Source of the DNA: the human T2T-CHM13v2.0 reference genome, Homo sapiens
Length of the DNA stretch: 64,000 bases
Reading direction: 5' to 3' (one strand)
NCBI RefSeq assembly: GCF_009914755.1
Contig: NC_060925.1
Notes under the pieces: model-generated
Databases searched by the model: none
Seen by the model: the letters and a program-made list of their open reading frames with translations, nothing else
Told to the model about the DNA's origin: nothing
Shown: positions 58,116 to 64,000 of the stretch, piece after piece
How positions within the stretch are numbered: the first letter of the stretch is position 1
Layout: each line of letters begins with the position of its first letter
Made by a program: the position numbers and the translations under genes

Positions 58116-61100
58116 TTAAAATTAAACAAAAATCTCAATGAACATATGATTCTAAAATATTCAGTTAAGCTATGATTTCAGAGAGACGGAATAAATAATG
58201 ACATATGTAGAAATGAAAAGACTAAAAGAATTTATTATTCTCAGACTCTATGAAAGAGCTACTCAAGGATATACTTCAGCAAGAAGGAAACTAAAATTTG
58301 TGAAATACAAAATCTATGATGACCAAACAAAATGGTAAAATATATATTGATAAATCAAATTAGATATTAGCTATGGAATAGAAAAATAACGGCCAATAAG
58401 GAAGTTAAAAATAAGAAAAAACTAAAATGCTAGATAACAGTATGTATGACAGTACTTTAGAGTTAAAATACTCTAAATACTGAGGTCCTTGTTTTGTGCT
58501 AGAAGCAGTTAAAGTTATTAGCTTCAAAATGAGTATATGCTGTTAAAAATATACAAATGTAATCTATAAAAGAACAAAAATAGAATGTATACCTTTGAAA
58601 CCAATAGAAAAAAATAAAAATAACATTGAGTGGAAATTAAGGAAAGAGGAAGGGAGATAAAAAGGGAAAGAGGGAGGAGAGAGAAAGGAAGGGATGGTGG
58701 AAATGGAGGGGGAGAAAGCAGATAAACAAAACACAAATTAGATACCAGAATAATAGCAGGCATATTCCAAATATATCAGTAAGAATAAGAACCATAAAAA
58801 GATTAGATTGGAAGCCACATCAAGACAGTAGAATAGAAGCCTCCAGCGATAACCCCCTCCACAAGAACACCAAATTGAACAATTATCCACACAAAAAAAG
58901 CACCTACATAAGAGCCAAAAAAATCAAGTGAGCAATCATAGTACCTGGTTTTAACGTCATATAAAAAGGCACTGAAAAGGGTAGAAAAGACAGCTGTAAA
59001 TTGCCTATACCACCCCTCCCCTATCCCCAGCAATGGCCACTTGGCATGGAGAGAGAATCCAGGGACTTAGGGGAGGAAAAACACAGTGATTGTGGGACTT
59101 TGCATTGGAACACAGTGCTGCCCTGTCAGTGGAAAGTAACATGGGGCAGAGCTCAGCTGGTACCCATGGAGGGAGAATTCAGACCAGCCCCAACCAGAGG
59201 CTAATCATTCATCCCAGTAGTCAGAACCTAAGTTCCAACAAGCCATGCCACTGCAAGCCAAAGTCCTCTGTGATGCTAAGTAAGCTTAAAAGGCAGTCTA
59301 GACCACAAGGACTATAATTCCTGGGCAAGTCCTGGTGCTGTGCTGGACTCGAAGATAATGAGTGTGGGGTGAATGTGACCCAGTAAGATACCAGCTGGGA
59401 TGGCCAAGGAAGTGCTTGAGTCACTCCTCCCTCAACCCCAGACAGCGCAGCTCACAGCTCCAGGAAAGACTCCTTCCCTCAGCTTGAGGAGAGGGGAGAG
59501 TAAAAAGGACTTTGTCTTGCAACTAGGATACCAGCTCAGCCACAGTAGGATAGGGCACCAGGCAAAGTTCTGGGGCCCCCCCATTCTGGGCTCTAGCTCA
59601 TGGACAACACTTCTAGACACACCATGGGCCAGAAGGGAACCTGATGCCTTGAACAAAAAGACCCAGTCCTGGTAGGCTTCACTATGTGCTGACTACAGAA
59701 GACTTGGGCCCTGAAAAATCAGGAATGGTAACCAGGCAGTGCTCACCCCAGGCCTTGGGTAAGAGTCAGAGCCATGCTGGCTTCAGGTGTGACCCAGAAC
59801 ATATCCAGCTGTGGTGGCTATGGGGAGAGTCTCCTTTTGCTTGAGGAAGGGAGAGGGAAGAGGAAAGGAGACTTCATCTTACAGTTTGGGTACCAGCTCA
59901 GTCACAGTAGGGTAGAGTGCCAAGAAGGCTCCTGGGATCCCCGATTCATGGCTTTGGCCCCTGGACCTGCCCTAAGACAGAGGGGAACCCACTGCCCTAA
60001 AGGAGAAACTCAGGATGGACAGTATTTACCATAAGTTGACTAAAGAGCCCTTGGGACTTGAGTGAACATCGGCAGTAGCCAGGCAGTACTTGCCAAGGGG
60101 CCTAGGGTGGTGGTGGCTACAAGCCTTGAGAAAAGGGGAGAGTGGGAAGGACTTTGTCTCATGGCTTGGGTGCCAGGTCAGCTACAATAGAATAAAGCAC
60201 CAGGTAGATACCTAAGGTTCATGACTCCGGGCCCTGGCTCCTGGACAGTATCTCTGGACCCATCCAAGGATGGGGGAAACTCACTGCCCTGAAGAGAAGG
60301 AAACAAGCCTGCCTGGATTTGCCACTTGCTGATTGTAGAGCCCTTGGGCCTTGAGTGAACATAAGCAATAGCCAGGCAGGGGGTCACTGTAGGCCTTGGG
60401 TGGGACCCAGTGTTGTGCTGGCTTGGGGTCTAACCTAGTACAGTATCAGTGTTGGTGGCCACAGGGATGCTTGTGTCACCCATCTGAAAGGGGCAAGTAG
60501 CTCGGCACAGAAAGAGACACTCCATTGGTTTGGGAGAAAATAAGGGAAGAGAATAAGTATCTCTTCCTAGTAATTCAGAGAATTCTTCTGAAGTTCACTC
60601 AAGACCACCAAGGTGGTACCTCTACGAGTCTGCAAGAGCCACAGCTTGGGGTGTGCCCTTATGCAGGCACAGCTGCAGTAACCAAAAACTTAGTCAAAAC
60701 ACCCAAATCCCTTTGAATACATGGAAAGCCCTCCCAAGAAAGATGGGTTCAAACTGCAATACCAAACTCTTCAATCCCCAGACACTGATGAACATCCACC
60801 AGTATCGAGACCATCCAGTAAAATGCGACCTCACCCAAACAAACTAAGTAAGGCACCCAGTGACCAATCCCAGAGAGACAGAGATATGTGACCTTTCAAA
60901 GAAAGAATTCAAAATACCTACTGAGGAAACTCAACAAAATTCAAGATAACATAGAGAAAGAATTTAGAATTCTATCAGATAAACTTAATAGATTAAATAA
61001 TTTAAAAGAATCAAGTAGAATTTCTGGAGCTGAAAAATGCAACTGACATACTGAAGAATGCATCAGAGTCTCTTAATAGTAGAACTGATCAAGCAAAAGA

Positions 61101-61170
61101 AAGAAACAGTGAGCTTGAAGACAGGCTATTTGAAAATACACAAAGGAGACAAAAAGAAAAAGGAATTAAA

Positions 61171-61462
61171 AGCCAGGCACAGTGGCTCATGCCTGTGGTC
61201 CTAGTACTTTGGGAGGCCAAGGCAGGCAGATCGCTTGAGCCCAGGAGTTCGAGACCAGCCTGGGCAACATGCAAAACCCCATCTCTACAAAAAAAAATTT
61301 TTTTAATTAGCTGGGTATTATGGCGTTTGCTTGTAGTCCCAGTTACTTGGGAGGCTGAGGTGGGAGGATCGCTCGAGCCCAGGAGGTTAAGGTTGCAGTG
61401 AGCCATGATTGTGCCACTGCACTCTAGCCTGGGTGGCAGAGAAAGACCCTGTCCCAAAAAAA
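61171..61462 (+). mobile_element. AluJ followed by a GA-rich tract
   Basis: gatcgcttgagcccaggagttcg and gtgggaggatcgctcgagccc (J-type). Confidence 0.88.
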
Positions 61463-62815
61463 TGAGAAAAAGAAAGAAGAAAACAGAAAACAAAGAAGAC
61501 AGAGAGAGAGAGAAAGAAAGAGAGAGAGAGAGAGACAGACACGAACTACAAAATAGTCTCAAAAGTTATTGGCCTTAAAGAGGAGATGGGACGACAGATC
61601 CGAAAAAAAAAGTTTATTAAAGGGATTATAACACAGAACTTTCCAAATCAAGAGAAAGATATTAATATTCAAGTACAGGAAAGTTACAGAACACCAAGCA
61701 ACCCAAATAAAACTACCTCAAGACATTTAATAATCAAACTCCCAAAAGTCAAGGATAAAGAAAGGATCCTAAAAGCAGCAGCAACAGAAAAGAAACAACA
61801 CACAAAAGAGCTCCAATATATCTGGCAGCAGACTTCTCAGTGGAATCCTTATAGGCCAGGAGAGACTGTCACAACATACTTAAAATAGAGAAGGAAAAAA
61901 TTTCTTATCCTATGATAGTATATCCAACAAAAATATTCTTCAAACATGAAGAAAAAATAAATATTTTCCCAGACAAACAAAAGCTGAAGAATGTCATCAA
62001 CACCAGGACTGTCCTACAAGAAACACTAAAGAGAGTCCTTCAGTCTGAAAGAAAAGGATATTAATGAGCAAAAAGAAATTATCTGAAGGTACAAAACTCA
62101 CTGGTAATAGTAAGTACACAGAAAAGCACAGCATATTATAACTGTAATTGTGGTGTATAAACTAATATCTTGAGTAGAAAGACTAAAAGTTGAACCAATA
62201 AAAAATGGTAGCTATATTTTTTAAGACAGTACAATAAAATAAATAGAAACAACAAAAAGTTTAAAAGCAGGGGATGAAGTTAAAGTGCAGACTTTTTTAT
62301 CAGTTTTCTGTTTTCTTGATTGTTTATGCAATCAACATTAAGTTGTCATCAACTTAAAATAATGGCTGATATTATTCCCAAGCCTCATGGTAACTTCTAA
62401 TCAAAAAACATACAATACATCCACAAAAAAAAGCAAGAAAATAAAACCCACCACCTGAGAAAATCACCTTCATGAAAAGATAGAAAGAAATGAAAGAAGG
62501 AAGACCACAAAACAACCAGAAAAACAACAAAATGGCAGAAGTCCTTACTTACCAATAATAACATTGAATGTAAATGGACTAACCTCTCCAATCAAAAGTC
62601 ACAGAGTAACTAAGTGGATTAAAAATAAACAAGACTCAAAAATCTGTTGCCTACAAGAAACATGCTTCACCTAGAAGGACACACACAGACTGAAAATAAA
62701 GGGATAGAAAAAGATATTCCATGCAAATGGAAACTAAAAAACAACAGGAATAGCAGCTATACTTATATCGGACTAAATAGATTTCAAGACAAAAACTATA
62801 AAAAGAGAAAAAGTC

Positions 62816-63131
<316 letters not shown>

Positions 63132-63277
63132 TCATTAATGATGATAAATGAGTCAAATGATAAGAGTCGATTTAGCCAGAGGATATAACAATTGTAAATA
63201 CATATGCACCCAATGGTAGTGCACCCATATATGTAAAGCAAATATTATTAGTGCTAAAGAGAGAGGGAGATTCCTGG

Positions 63278-63630
<353 letters not shown>

Positions 63631-64000
63631 TCACTTTCAGCACTGGACAGATCATCTGGACAGAAAATAAAGAAACATGGGATTTAATCTACACTACAGA
63701 CCTAACAAATGTTTACAAAACATTTCATCCAACACCTGCAAAATACACATTCTTCTCCTCAGAACATGAATAATTCTTAAGGAAAGACCATAAATTAGAC
63801 CACAAATCAAGTCTTAAAATGTTCAAAAAATTTAAATTATATCAAGTATCTTCTCTGATCACAAGAGAATAAAACTGGAAATCAATAACAAGAGGAATTT
63901 TGGAAACTATACAAACACATGGAAATTTAAAAATATGCTCCTAAATGATCAGCGGGTCAATGAAGAAATGAAGAAGAAAATTGAAAAATTTCTTGAAACA

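Overview
Human genomic DNA from inside the KCNH1 (EAG1/Kv10.1) gene, transcribed on the minus strand. The only host coding sequence is one internal exon (23046 to 22573) encoding S1-S3 of the voltage sensor. It has two alternative 5' splice donors 81 nt apart, giving the known EAG1a/EAG1b 27-aa difference. The rest is intron, dense with transposons: many L1s of all ages (mostly antisense to the gene), about 15 Alus, a complete THE1A MaLR provirus, solo LTRs (LTR14B-like, LTR47-like, MSTB-like), L2/MIR and hAT MITEs. Human origin is supported by an L1HS Ta-1 and a consensus-like AluYa5. I found no evidence of a new multi-gene system. The most notable observations are: (1) a very young twin-primed, 5'-inverted L1HS Ta-1 with a perfect 15-bp TSD and a two-part tail that may carry a micro 3' transduction; (2) a probable ectopic gene-conversion tract between two L1PA copies 35 kb apart; (3) a 4x35-bp minisatellite whose unit is a hairpin; (4) a pristine, probably polymorphic AluYa5; (5) an inverted AluY pair nested in a full THE1A; (6) several small templated-insertion scars. 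Subfamily names come from recalled consensus diagnostics, not from a database search, and boundaries of old repeats are approximate.
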